A DNA stretch of 64,000 bases. Origin: Armatimonadota bacterium. GTDB lineage: Bacteria > Armatimonadota > HRBIN16. How positions within the stretch are numbered: the first letter of the stretch is position 1; each line of letters starts with the position of its first letter. This document shows positions 29,010 to 39,800 of this stretch, one piece after another. The stretch spans positions 4,960,001 through 5,024,000 of the forward strand of contig OY781964.1 of the NCBI GenBank assembly GCA_963677485.1. Reading direction: 5' to 3'. The translations under genes were made by a program, and so were the position numbers. The notes under the pieces were generated by a model. That model worked only from the letters and a program-made list of their open reading frames with translations, had not been told where the DNA came from and searched no databases.

Positions 29010-30072
29010 CTTCTGGTCGGCGTGTGAGGAGATACCAGGCGCTACGGCGGTTGAGGCAGAATGGCGGATAAAGGCAGGATCCGGTTATGAAACGGCCAAG
29101 GCATTTCTAAAACCAAGGCAGGAACTTGCTTGCTGCTATCCCTGCACATCAAGGCCGCCATGCACGTGTCATCACCGGGTTGTTGACCACGGTGGGGGTA
29201 GCATTGTGGCGGTCTGTGTCTGCGAGGGTCAGGGATGCCGGAATGAACAACTCACAAAGACAGACCTCGTAATCTATGAACTGAACACCCGCAAACTCTG
29301 TGACGCAATTGGCCAAGCACTTTCGCTGGCGGTGATTTCGGCAGTGATTACTCAAGGCGTCGTGGATTTCTCGCCCATTATAAATACAACGCATGTGGGA
29401 TATGATCAGCCAACTATGGGTTACAGCTTCCCTGTCTATCTCACCGTGCAAAATGACAGCGACGCATTCTACTCGGTAGTGACCACACTCGTGGCGACGA
29501 ACGAGACACCCTTCGTCCTAGTCACTCCTACGCCTGACTGGATCACACCTGGTATTCGCTCGCTGGTCGCTTTGAGGAAATCGCTGCTTCTCACAGTTCC
29601 TGATGTGCTTCTGTTTTCTGAGACTGGGCTAGTCATTGCTAGTCCTGCCGTCCAGATGATGCTGGAGAGATTCCACACAGGAGCCCTTCCATCCGCAAGT
29701 GAACAGTCATCGATGCGGTTCTTCCTCACTCCGGCTGGCTCCTCGTGGGCCGACGTGAAGATTAGCTTTATATATGGTGATAAGGTGGCTATCAAGGTGA
29801 AGCATATAACCGGCACATTCAACTGGGGCGAAATGGGCATGTCGAACAAGAAGAATGGCGATCCAACAGCGCAGTGGGAGCTCCTTACTGCTTTTGCTCG
29901 CGGGCACGGGACGCTGGACTGGACAAGCTCTAATGCACACCTAAACAACCAGAAGCGAAAAGAGATACTGGCAAAGAACCTGCAGGCATTCTTCCGCATT
30001 GAAGGTGATCCCTTCACTTACGACAAACAGATAAAAGGCTGGGAGACCAAGTTCGCTATCGAGCCGGATTAG
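28990..30072 (+). CDS. Hypothetical protein with Cys cluster and probable C-terminal winged HTH
   Basis: CYPC....C.C and C.C...C near the N-terminus; WELL..FA...G.L...L.K.L..FF.I...GW at the C-terminus. Confidence 0.7.
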   Translation: MMMRQNSFWSACEEIPGATAVEAEWRIKAGSGYETAKAFLKPRQELACCYPCTSRPPCTCHHRVVDHGGGSIVAVCVCEGQGCRNEQLTKTDLVIYELNTRKLCDAIGQALSLAVISAVITQGVVDFSPIINTTHVGYDQPTMGYSFPVYLTVQNDSDAFYSVVTTLVATNETPFVLVTPTPDWITPGIRSLVALRKSLLLTVPDVLLFSETGLVIASPAVQMMLERFHTGALPSASEQSSMRFFLTPAGSSWADVKISFIYGDKVAIKVKHITGTFNWGEMGMSNKKNGDPTAQWELLTAFARGHGTLDWTSSNAHLNNQKRKEILAKNLQAFFRIEGDPFTYDKQIKGWETKFAIEPD

Positions 30073-30192
30073 CACGAAGTGCATCCGCATCCACGTAGCT
30101 CCAGCAAAATAAGGTTGGAGCTACGTGGTAGATATGTTCTAGATAATCATTCTGGCCATCTGTCATATCTTGCACTCATTATTGCAATACCT

Positions 30193-30333
30193 GTGGCGCT
30201 TAGGGCGCTTGTGGCACTATTTCCCTATAACCCCCTATGGTATTTCTATTTGTACATCATACACCCCCTGTACCCCATCCCTCGCGCGTAACGACTCCTT
30301 AGGAAATAGCGCCACAAGAGCAACAAGCGCCAC
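30193..30333 (-). repeat. Origin-like cassette: inverted sets of three 9-bp repeats (GTGGCGCTT type) around a CGCGCG-containing core
   Basis: GTGGCGCTT AGGGCGCTT GTGGCACTATTTCC ... GGAAATAG CGCCACAAG AGCAACAAG CGCCAC; the core is a diverged inverted copy of the 30540 unit. Confidence 0.8.
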
Positions 30334-30512
30334 TAAGGCAGTGGGTGAATAATAGATTTCGGGGTAGATACTGTCCATCCCCCCATTGTGGTCACATGGT
30401 GAGATGTTGTTCAACAGGTCGCCGTTCTTTTCGATACAAAGACTCGCCCCTATTATAACCACACGGTGGTTGAGGGGGAGATCTTATGTCTGCTTGTCCG
30501 CTAATAGCCATC

Positions 30513-31388
30513 GTCACGACATGTCTGCAACTCGATACCTATGACACTATGATGGATATGTCACTATACTCTAGGAAGTCGTAATGCGCGCGAGAGTGGG
30601 GTAAAGGAGGTGCTGATATTAGTACCATAGGGACTTATAGGGAAATAGTGACAGATACGTCACTGCGTCATGTTTGATGAATGCTACTTATGCCTAGATC
30701 AATGAGTGCTGACATCCCGATAATGCGGCGGACCTCCCTGATATGCGACGATGTTCGGCCACACACCAGCATTTGAACCCACAATCGGCGTCACATGATT
30801 TGAATACCTGTCGCACGTTTGTGCTACTGACAGTTGACTGTCACGATCATGTTGTATCTCAAGACATATGACACTATGATGGATATGTCACTATACTCTA
30901 GGAAGTCGTAATGCGCGCGAGAGTGGGGGTAAAGGAGGTGTTAATATTAGTACCATAAGGACTTATAGGGAAATAGTGACAGATACGTCACTGCGTCATG
31001 TTTCATGAAAGCTACTTTTGTCTGGATCAACGAGGTCTGACATCCCCCTAATGCGGCTGACCTCCCTGATATGATGCGACGGTGTTCGGCCACACACCAG
31101 CCTTTAAACCCACAATCGGCGTCACTTGATTTAAATTACAGCTTTTAACATGTCGCACGTTTGTGCTACTGACAGTTGACTGTCACGATCATGTTGTAGC
31201 TCAAGACATATGACACTATGATGGATATGTCACTATACTCTAGAAAGTCGTAATGCGCGCGAGAGTGGGGGTAAAGGAGGTGTTAATATTAGTACCATAG
31301 GGACTTATAGGGAAATAGTGACAGATACGTCACTGCGTCATGTTTGATGAATGCTACTTATGCCTAGATCAATGAGTGCTGACATCCC
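30513..31388 (+). repeat. Tandem repeat of ~330-340 bp non-coding unit (2.5-3 copies)
   Basis: TATGACACTATGATGGATATGTCACTATACTCTAG starts at 30540, 30867 and 31209 (spacing 327 and 342); cores nearly identical. Confidence 0.95.
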
Positions 31389-31729
31389 GTTGTTGCAGCA
31401 GAATTCTCTGATCTAATGCGAAGATGCCGCCAAGCGCACCCCATCTTCTGTGGCCATAGTCAGATGATAAGAGTTAACCTTGTGACCCTATATCCCAGCT
31501 ATTTACCGATCCCACTAGGCATATGTGGGTTATACTACCAGCGCCAGGGTAGCCATCTCGAACAGCACAGAAACAGCTCCATGAGGTTCTCAACACGAAT
31601 GTCCACTAATTAATTAGGCCCGATTTCTCCCCAAAATCCGCTCAATATCCAAGATTCCGCTAAGCGACCAAATGGAGCCTCCGTCTGTTTCGTGCTCAGA
31701 GATACCTACCATCTACCCAAATATCACCA

Positions 31730-31773
31730 TTTCCGACACTTTTCATTATTCACGCGTAAATATAAATTGGGGG
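31730..31773 (+). promoter_or_regulatory. Phage promoter motif I upstream of the 31793 gene
   Basis: TTTCCGACACTTTtcattatTCACGCGTAAATATaaaTTGGGGG. Confidence 0.7.
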
Positions 31774-31792
31774 ACATGATTAATCACCCCTT

Positions 31793-32728
31793 TTGGAGAT
31801 GACACCAATGTGTTTGCTGGATATGATACCAAGACAGGAGCCGCGAACCGAGATGATGAGTGGTGGAAGAACAGGTTGCGTCACTATGCCTGATGAAGGG
31901 GGATTGCCAATTGACGCATCTATGCCAAGTTCATTCGACACAGCATCTGTCACATATCCAGGCAGTGAACCAGGCTGCACAGTCCAAACGCCGTATCCCT
32001 GCGACCTGCTGTATGTCTCTACAAATATGGAGTTCATTGAAGCGGACGACATCCGCTGTGGATATGAGGTGATGCTCGGTAACTGCTTTAGGCTTCTTGA
32101 CGCGAATTACTACGCATGGCTGCGTGACGGAATGAACGGTGCGAAGAAGACATACGAGGCCGGGCAAACGAGCGAGGCAACATACAACGCCATTCGCAGC
32201 AGATTCAACGTGATCCACGAATGGGCTGCAGAGCATATCGGGCAGAAGCAACTGCTTGATGCCACCAAGAATTTGAAGCCAGGTCGCTATCTACCCCCAT
32301 CGAAGGGCTCTTTGAAGGCGTCAAGAATGCGTGAACACATGTCCTGTGTGCCTTCCGAGATTGAGAATGCTTTGCAACTTGAGCTCCCGATGCAGAGCGG
32401 ACCAGAATACCTATTCCCGAAGGCAAGCAATCTGCCCTGCACGGCAAATGTGACACAGCAGGCATATGCCCAGGTGAATGCGATCCGCAGTAGAGCCATA
32501 TCACTTGGTTGGACAGAGGCCAGCCTATTTCAGAACCGTGGTCAGTACCGCTTCCCTTACAGTCAGGACTACGGCCTGGTCTGTTTCCTAAGCTGCGGAG
32601 GAGTGAAGCGAACCATAGGGGAGGTAAGCGCACAGGTGATCCAGATTGTTGAGAAGCAGCAGAACAGGAGCCACTGCTTCTACAACATGAACGTGCCTCA
32701 GCCGTGGAACTCGAGGATAACGGAGTGA
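31793..32728 (+). CDS. Hypothetical protein
   Basis: 311-aa ORF directly after promoter motif I with GGAG SD; C-terminal A..LGW....LF...GLV segment. Confidence 0.7.
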   Translation: MEMTPMCLLDMIPRQEPRTEMMSGGRTGCVTMPDEGGLPIDASMPSSFDTASVTYPGSEPGCTVQTPYPCDLLYVSTNMEFIEADDIRCGYEVMLGNCFRLLDANYYAWLRDGMNGAKKTYEAGQTSEATYNAIRSRFNVIHEWAAEHIGQKQLLDATKNLKPGRYLPPSKGSLKASRMREHMSCVPSEIENALQLELPMQSGPEYLFPKASNLPCTANVTQQAYAQVNAIRSRAISLGWTEASLFQNRGQYRFPYSQDYGLVCFLSCGGVKRTIGEVSAQVIQIVEKQQNRSHCFYNMNVPQPWNSRITE

Positions 32729-33085
32729 GCGGGTGCACAGGGAAGGTCAGGCTGCGCATGTTTCATCTGGAAGAAGCAATGATGATCAAGGCCTTTTGTG
32801 TGGTTAGTGGAAGATCCAAGCACGGACGCTGGGCACCCACCGTATTCCGGCACTGTTTCGCTCACGTTACGAAACCTGCGCGGTTGTTGCATGGGTGGGG
32901 TTAGTTTACGCATCGGTGGCATGGGCGGCAAGCTAGCCGAAGCGAGCGATGCAAGTGGTCTAGGGTTTCAGATTCGGTGCAGTCAGTGCATCAACCATGC
33001 ACACAAAGCGAAGGGAGGAACAAAGCAGCCTGCAAGCCACGCCTTGCTCCCCCACTCAGCCGGTTAGAGTCGTGCCAATATCCGT

Positions 33086-33487
33086 TCAGTCAGTCTGGCA
33101 AGCGGCATCCACCGGCTCCGCATGATCAGTAGTGGAAACAGAATTACCACCACTCCTCCCGATGGGCACGTCTTTGGGAAGCGGTAGCTTTGCAATGTGG
33201 CCCTGATCTACGCACCACACAAGAAACATGCGCAGCACACGAATGGTCTTCGTCACGGTTGGCACGGCGCGATCACGTCCGCTGGGCAGTTTCAGGAGCG
33301 CGTCCGACTTCAGGAACTTGCCTACGTGCAGGGCCAGGATGGACGTCAGTTTACGCTCATCACCAAAGAAGGCTGTGATCTGCTTTGCGTCCTGCGAGTA
33401 AGTGTAAAGTGTCCGCTCGCTCTTGCCCTCTGTTTTCAGGTGCTCCAGGTAGCAGTTCATCGCCTGGCTTAGAATCATCTCCGACAT
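33086..33487 (-). CDS. Stand-alone tyrosine-integrase N-terminal (SAM-like, core-binding) domain protein
   Basis: YL.HL...GKS.RT...Y..D and T....IR.LR.FL.W....G.I; no catalytic R-H-R-Y domain; GGAGG SD. Confidence 0.75.
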   Translation of the reverse strand: MSEMILSQAMNCYLEHLKTEGKSERTLYTYSQDAKQITAFFGDERKLTSILALHVGKFLKSDALLKLPSGRDRAVPTVTKTIRVLRMFLVWCVDQGHIAKLPLPKDVPIGRSGGNSVSTTDHAEPVDAACQTD

Positions 33488-33671
33488 GTGGTGCCTCCAG
33501 TTATCTGTTTATGGTGCAGTCTGTTAATCCGCTGCGCATCACATTCATAGCTTCGTTCGAGGGATGAAAGCAAGTCGCGATGTAAGAATTTGTGGTATCA
33601 ACGCAATAACCACGCAAAACTACCTGGATGTCAAAAGAACTCGATAACTCTCCAAGGAACCGCCTCACAGC

Positions 33672-33702
33672 ACTTGATGTTCGCACGCAATAATGCGTTC
33701 AT
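33672..33702 (+). promoter_or_regulatory. Promoter motif II (ACTTGATGTT-N11-ATGCGT-(G/T)(A/C)AT)
   Basis: Also at 41138-41168 and 53732-53762, with a weaker divergent copy at 33543-33575 (minus strand). Confidence 0.55.
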
Positions 33703-33750
33703 TCATGATGAGCACAGCACATACTGTTCAGCGTGCTCAGGAGGCGACCC

Positions 33751-34689
33751 TTGATAGACTTTCGAACCTTACGATTTGGAATCGAGATAGAGACAGTAGG
33801 TGCCACGCGCAGCTGTGTGGCCAGAGCTATACAGTCGGTAGTAGGCGGTGACGTGAAGCATGTAGGAGTGCCCACTGGCTACGACCCCTATGAGGTCACA
33901 GACTTCAAAAACCGCATCTGGAAAGTGGTGGCAGACAGCTCCCTCTCAGATACAGAATACGAAAAGCGGGCTGAGGTAGTGAGCCCGATCCTCTGCTACT
34001 GCGATCTGCCTGAACTCCAGGAAGTGATCCGTGCCGTTAGGCATTCAGGTGCAAAGTCCAGTGTGCAGTGTGGAGTCCACGTTCACCTTGACTGCAGTGA
34101 GTTCGACGGAAACAGCCTGATCAATCTCGCGAAGCTGTATCACAAACAGGAAGCGCTCATTGTGAAGGCGTTTAGCGTCAGCGAGCAGCGCATGATCCGA
34201 TACGCCAAACCCATGGATCCAAGGTTTATTGCCCGCATAGAGAAGTGCAAGAAACGCGACGTCAGCGCAATCAACTCGCTATGGTATGGCTATGAGAAGC
34301 CAAACCCAGGACGATATGACGTTGAACGCTACGCTGCAGTCAACTTTACATCTTACCTGGTTCGGCGTAGTGTGGAGTTCCGGCTGTTTGGATTTCCCAC
34401 CGAGAAGCTGCATGCAGGCATGGTAAAGGCCTGGGTGACCTTTATACTGGCACTCGGGGCACGAGCACTTAACTGCCGGTGCACATCGAGTCGCAGAAGG
34501 GAGTTTGATCCAGAGACGGCGCGCTATGATTTCAGGGTGTTTGCGGTGATTAACCTGGGCATCATGGGGCCTGAGTTTAGCAGTGTGCGACGTCATTTAC
34601 TGGCTAACCTGAGCGGTGACTGTGCATACAAGCATACAAGACCAAGCGTGGACACCTCGAAGAAGGAGGTGGTCGCATGTGCGGACTAA
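33751..34689 (+). CDS. Putative amidoligase (Amidoligase_2, COOH-NH2 ligase fold)
   Basis: FGIEIE, WKVV.DSSL, EVVSPIL, CGVHVH, RY.AVN and VEFR motifs; TTG start after AGGAGG. Confidence 0.9.
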   Translation: MIDFRTLRFGIEIETVGATRSCVARAIQSVVGGDVKHVGVPTGYDPYEVTDFKNRIWKVVADSSLSDTEYEKRAEVVSPILCYCDLPELQEVIRAVRHSGAKSSVQCGVHVHLDCSEFDGNSLINLAKLYHKQEALIVKAFSVSEQRMIRYAKPMDPRFIARIEKCKKRDVSAINSLWYGYEKPNPGRYDVERYAAVNFTSYLVRRSVEFRLFGFPTEKLHAGMVKAWVTFILALGARALNCRCTSSRRREFDPETARYDFRVFAVINLGIMGPEFSSVRRHLLANLSGDCAYKHTRPSVDTSKKEVVACAD

Positions 34690-35486
34690 CGGGGATTCTA
34701 AAGACGAGTGAGCGTAGAAGCCGGAGGGAGATCAATACGATCTCCAGTCTATTCACTCAGCTGCTCATTGGAAGTGAACACCGCGGCCCACATGCCACGG
34801 GTGCCGCGGTTGTCAGTGAGAGCGGTGAGTATGTTTTGTGCAAAGCTCCCCTGCCGGCATCCGAGTTTGTGTTAAGCGAGGGGTATTGCCAGCTCATATA
34901 CCAAGTGGCATGTGACACCACGCTACTCATGGGGCACACGCGCTGGCCTACTCGCGGAAGTCATCTGGATAACCGGTGTAACCATCCGCTGGTTGGTGAC
35001 GGCCACGGTAGTCACCAATGCATCGCCACGCACAACGGAGACATACCTAACCACATGGTGCTGTCTCGCCAGATGGATCTAAGGCGTGAACTGGAAGTAG
35101 ACAGTGAAGTCATTCTGCGGCTGGCCGAAAAGAATCTATGCAGCTCAGAGATAGACCCGGTGGGCCTCGCGGATGACATATCTCGCTGTCAAGGTCGGCT
35201 CTCCGCTGTGGTCATCGCGACGAGTGATCCAACGAAGACACTGCTTGTCAAAGGCAACCAGCCGCTCGAGCTGCGGTTTCACAAGAGACGTGGCCTGATC
35301 GCCTATGCTTCTGAAGCCGAGATACTTGACGAGGCGATCGGTAATGCCAGAGGCTGGACGGATATCGAGATCCCGGCATGGCACATCGCGGTGGTGGACA
35401 CGAGGTCACTCGTAATGCCGTTAACGCTCTACCCCATCCCGTCATTATGGGATGACATTGACTGGCGGCCAAGGCCATGTCGATGA
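34677..35486 (+). CDS. Class II (Ntn) glutamine amidotransferase
   Basis: N-terminal MCG, HRG.HATG, GHTR..T.G, NHP, HNG.I and DSE motifs. Confidence 0.92.
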   Translation: MCGLTGILKTSERRSRREINTISSLFTQLLIGSEHRGPHATGAAVVSESGEYVLCKAPLPASEFVLSEGYCQLIYQVACDTTLLMGHTRWPTRGSHLDNRCNHPLVGDGHGSHQCIATHNGDIPNHMVLSRQMDLRRELEVDSEVILRLAEKNLCSSEIDPVGLADDISRCQGRLSAVVIATSDPTKTLLVKGNQPLELRFHKRRGLIAYASEAEILDEAIGNARGWTDIEIPAWHIAVVDTRSLVMPLTLYPIPSLWDDIDWRPRPCR

Positions 35487-36112
35487 CACTTGTTCTTGAA
35501 ACGGACGGCGGCATCTCTGAGTTTGTGATGAAACCCATTGACAGGAAGAGCCGCCAGGCGACCACGAAGAGAGTGGCTGTGGACGCTCAAGGCCGGGAAT
35601 GCAGCCGGGCGCTACTCACACGCGATGAACTTCTCTTAGGATCTGGATCAGTGACAGACAACTATGAAGACAAAGACGGCAACAGTGTAGAGCACGGCGA
35701 GGTGATGCAGGTCGACGCGTGTGGTCATACGCTTCTAAACTTGCCAGCGACAATCGGTAGAACGCAGAGACCGGTGGGGCCTGTCGAGGTAGAGCTGCTG
35801 CTTGAGCACACGGTCATGAAAGCATATGTGCTCTTGTCGGCGGTGATTGCTAATGACCTGCGCGATTCGCTTGCGGCCTTAGACGTCTATCAAGTGGCAT
35901 TCAGACCCAGGGCGTCTGTCATAGACCACCCGGCATTCATGCTGGCGAATTCATCTGGCATATTCCTGCTTCAGTGTAGGCCCTGCCTCACACAGTTTAT
36001 ACGCCTTGACCAACCTGTGATACAGGACAGCGAGCTGGACGACGAAGAGGAACTCTGGGACGACTGGCAGATGAGTAGCCAAGCAGATTCCATCGGAGGT
36101 GACGCGTGGTAA
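35477..36112 (+). CDS. Hypothetical protein, divergent Ku-like (by-eye similarity)
   Basis: DG..VE..EV, V....L......AYVL, L...L.......F..R.....AF.L....G.FLL follows the order of Ku core elements; acidic tail. Confidence 0.5.
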   Translation: MSMTLVLETDGGISEFVMKPIDRKSRQATTKRVAVDAQGRECSRALLTRDELLLGSGSVTDNYEDKDGNSVEHGEVMQVDACGHTLLNLPATIGRTQRPVGPVEVELLLEHTVMKAYVLLSAVIANDLRDSLAALDVYQVAFRPRASVIDHPAFMLANSSGIFLLQCRPCLTQFIRLDQPVIQDSELDDEEELWDDWQMSSQADSIGGDAW

Positions 36113-36819
36113 AGATGCGAAGGATCCGGCTTGCTGACCACAAGGGACGTGACGCCACAGTGCTACTCGTGCCAGTTGGTGAGAGTGTGAAATACAAGCA
36201 TCAGGATACTAGCGGTAATCCCGTGCACTCCGTAAGGCGGGTTCGTGCAACGAGTAACACGTGTTCGGATGCGCTGTTTGCCAAATACTCAGACCCCGAC
36301 GAACTGTCGCGGGCGCTTATCGCGGGTGACCCAGATGTTGACTTTGAAATGACGGGGCGAGTGACTGGCCCCTGCGACAGAGTTCACATAGACGGTGACG
36401 GGCAGGTTCTTTACGCACCCTCAGTCATGCAGGTGCGCTGTGCCCCAGACGGGTTGGAATGTGAGCGAAGGCCAATCACCATCCGTGCATCTAACTTGGT
36501 CACCCCCACTGCTCCGGTTTGGTCAGGTGTGTTACTGCCGCGAGCTGAACTTGTCAGGAAATACGCACTCACTCGGGGCTATCAAGTGGTGCATTCTAAC
36601 GCCTTGGAGTTTGACTTCCTGTTTGGTATCGCGTCCTTTCTGGATGAACGAAAAGCTGCAGTCCAGGTCGGATCCGGCAGACGTGGTAACGGGCCATTAA
36701 TCTTTGAGCGTAACGGTCTATCCTTCCGCGGTTTCCTGGACGGCCGGGTACAGGCTGACGCGATGCGGCTGGTTCTGTATCTGGCGGCCTTCGATCTATC
36801 TGCGCAGGAGCAGCGATGA
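36106..36819 (+). CDS. Hypothetical protein, divergent Ku-like (by-eye similarity)
   Basis: LPRAELVRKY...GYQV, FDFLF.IA.FLDE.KAAV, LIFERNG..F.G.L.G......M.LVL resembles the Ku beta-barrel region. Confidence 0.5.
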   Translation: MVKMRRIRLADHKGRDATVLLVPVGESVKYKHQDTSGNPVHSVRRVRATSNTCSDALFAKYSDPDELSRALIAGDPDVDFEMTGRVTGPCDRVHIDGDGQVLYAPSVMQVRCAPDGLECERRPITIRASNLVTPTAPVWSGVLLPRAELVRKYALTRGYQVVHSNALEFDFLFGIASFLDERKAAVQVGSGRRGNGPLIFERNGLSFRGFLDGRVQADAMRLVLYLAAFDLSAQEQR

Positions 36820-39800
36820 TGGAGAACAATGCATTCGTCGTAGCCGCTGTTTCTAAACAAGGAGCTGCACTTGGCACTGGACGCATCTATCCGGCTGGCT
36901 CACTTCGTGATGCAGATCTGGCCACACTACTCTCACTATATAAATGTAATGTAGCCGGGGCATACACAAGCGTATCGCCAGACGCCATCGCCACGACTAT
37001 TCCGAGCGGGTGCCACATGGCATCCACCAAGATTGACGGTGAGCAGTGGTTTCTGTGCAGGAGTGATGCCTACACCTATCTGGCGTCCCCCGGTGGCAAG
37101 ATCATTACCGGTGTGCCCATCACGGCGGAAGCAGACATACTGCTTTCAGATTGGAACGGAGTGCTCGCTGGGGAGCTCTACGCCACTGTGGACACAGGCA
37201 GGCCAAGCGTATTCAGTCTGCATTCGGCTCTGGGTGGAGGGACTGATGCGCAGATAGAGCGGCTCAGATTTGCCGCGTTTGATATTCTGCGAGGCGGTGA
37301 CGGAGATTGTCAGCTGCTGCCATTTACGAATCGGGCACGACACATACAGGAAATGCTAACTGGCTCTGAGCTGCTTCATTCGGTTGACTTTACCGAAATA
37401 GATGGACCCCTCGAAACTCAGCGGTTCTTCGAAAGCAGAGTTCAGTCAGGCGCGGAAGGGATTGTTGTTCGCTGCGGTGATGGACGTATATTCAAACTGA
37501 AGCCGAGGATTATGATCGATGCGGTGGTGGTGGCCTACACAGAAACATCTCAGGGTGTCAGCGAACTGCTGCTTGCCTTGATGCCTGAAATGCAGCCCAG
37601 CGAAATGAAGCCCGGCGAAATACAGACCATGCAAATCATTGGCCGCGTGGATATTGGCTTCCGCACAAATGAAAGGCGCGAGCTTGCGGATCGCCTGAGC
37701 CAACTGAAATGCGAGTCTGCCATTAACTTGTCAAGCCGAAGTTCACATCCATATGTATGGGTGCGCCCGCAGATTGTTGTAGAGGTATGCTGCCACGAGA
37801 TTTTGTCTACCAGCAGTGACGGCGAACCAATCCGACGCTGGCGCGTGACTCACAACAACGATGGCTGGAAGTCCACCGGCAAGGCAGCAAGTATCAGCAT
37901 GCGCGATGCCGTCTTCATTCGTGTTCGAGAAGATAAGGTAGCGAAACTGCCGGATGTCCGCTGGTTACAGGTTGCTGACATTGTTGATATATCTGCTGCG
38001 AATATAGATCTCACAGATCTACCGAAATCCGAAGTGATCCGCCGCGAGGTCTACACGAAGGCCATCCGCCACTACGGGGTAGCCGTGCGGAAGGTCGCCG
38101 TCTGGAAAACTAACAAGGAAGATGCTGACCCGCGCTACCCGGCATACGCAGCCCTGTTCACAGACTACTCCCCTGCTCGTCAGGAACCCGTGCGGACTGA
38201 ACTGCGAGTGGCCTGTAGCGTGGAACGGATAATGGTAACTGCCGACAACTGGCTTGCAGTAAATGTGAAGCGCGGATGGCAGTGCGTGGCCACGATGAGT
38301 AATGTGGTTGCAACAGATATTGCGACAAGTAGTGAAGACACGATTCCTCCCCTTCATACCACTGCTAGCTCACATTCACTTTCTATTAGCTTTGCACGAA
38401 GCACGTCTCCCACATTCGCAGTCGTGCGTAGGAGGCTTGATGCACTCTCTGAACTGGGTGAGCTAAGCATCACAAAGGACGATGCAGGCAGGGAAGTCTG
38501 GTTTGAACTTCATGTTCGTGCTGGGCTTGTGGAGCATTACAGACGCATCACTAATCTGCTTACGCTGGTCAAACGCTGGAAGAGCATCGAAGTTGTGCTA
38601 GACGGTGAGACACTCGACCGGCATACACTCGATGATGTGCTAAACCGCATTGAAGAGATCCGGCAGTGCTGGAGCAGGCGTAAAGCCGCAGGCCCTGCAG
38701 GTTGCCGTCGTGACTGCACGCTCGGTTGCCGGAGCCTGCGTATTACGGCGTCTCACAGGTTCCTCGAGGGGGCGTTCATCACAGAGCCGCAGTGGTATAC
38801 CGTGGGTAAGTTCGAAAGCGGACAAGTGGTAGTTGACAAAGCAGGGCTAGTGGCTCAGTTAGACTGGCGTCGAAACAAGCTGGTTGACTGCTGTCCATGC
38901 TTTGATCAGGGCAGCGTGCTATCCGCTGTTGAATCATTACCGGAAGTCTTGTCGCCAGAAAACCCTAGCTACCAACTGGTATACAAGCGCGATGATGGAC
39001 TTGCAGCCTGGGTGTGGCCAGAACATGCACCGATGCCGTCGAGACTTGATGCTCACGGCGTGCAGATGCGCAGTCCACAATCGGGTGAGCAAAACTTCGG
39101 CGTCACAACATTAGCGTCGCCATCTACTCACTCGTCTCCATCTCGCCTAATTCCTGCGGCCAGCTACGCCGATGTATGCGGACAGGACGATGCAGTCCAA
39201 ACCGTGCGCGACCTAATAGAGCTACCAATGAGACATGCACATATGTTCGAAGCGGTTGGTGTATCGGCTAAACCCAGCGGTGTGATTCTCGCAGGCCCTC
39301 CTGGCACGGGTAAGACACTTCTAGCTCGTGCAGTTGCAGGTCAGTGCGGTGCTCACCTCGAGATAGTGTCAGGGCCAGAGTTATTGAGCCCGTATGTCGG
39401 TGCAACGGAGCAGGCACTACGCGAAGTATTCGAACGCGCCAGTCGTAACACGCCATCGCTTATTCTGTTTGATGAACTGGACAGCATTGCTCCGTCACGT
39501 GCAACTGCCGATGCTCATCACCAGCAAACGCTCGTGGCACAACTACTCACCCTACTCGACGGCATTGAAGGACGAAGTGGGATATCGGTGCTGGCGACAA
39601 CTAACCGTCCGAAATCCATAGATGCCGCACTGCGCAGACCGGGTCGGTTCGACCAAGTTGTCATGATGAAACTGCCCGACCTTCATGGCAGGTCTGGGAT
39701 ACTTCGGCATTACCTGAAGCCGCTCAAGCTGGATCCGTGTATTGATTTGGATCTACTCATCGGCGATCTCGCCACATTGATGGACGGCGCATCCGGTGCT

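Noticed and set aside
30513-31388. Possible CRISPR array
   Set aside because: Units are ~330 bp and the intervening segments are homologous to each other rather than unique spacers; no cas operon.
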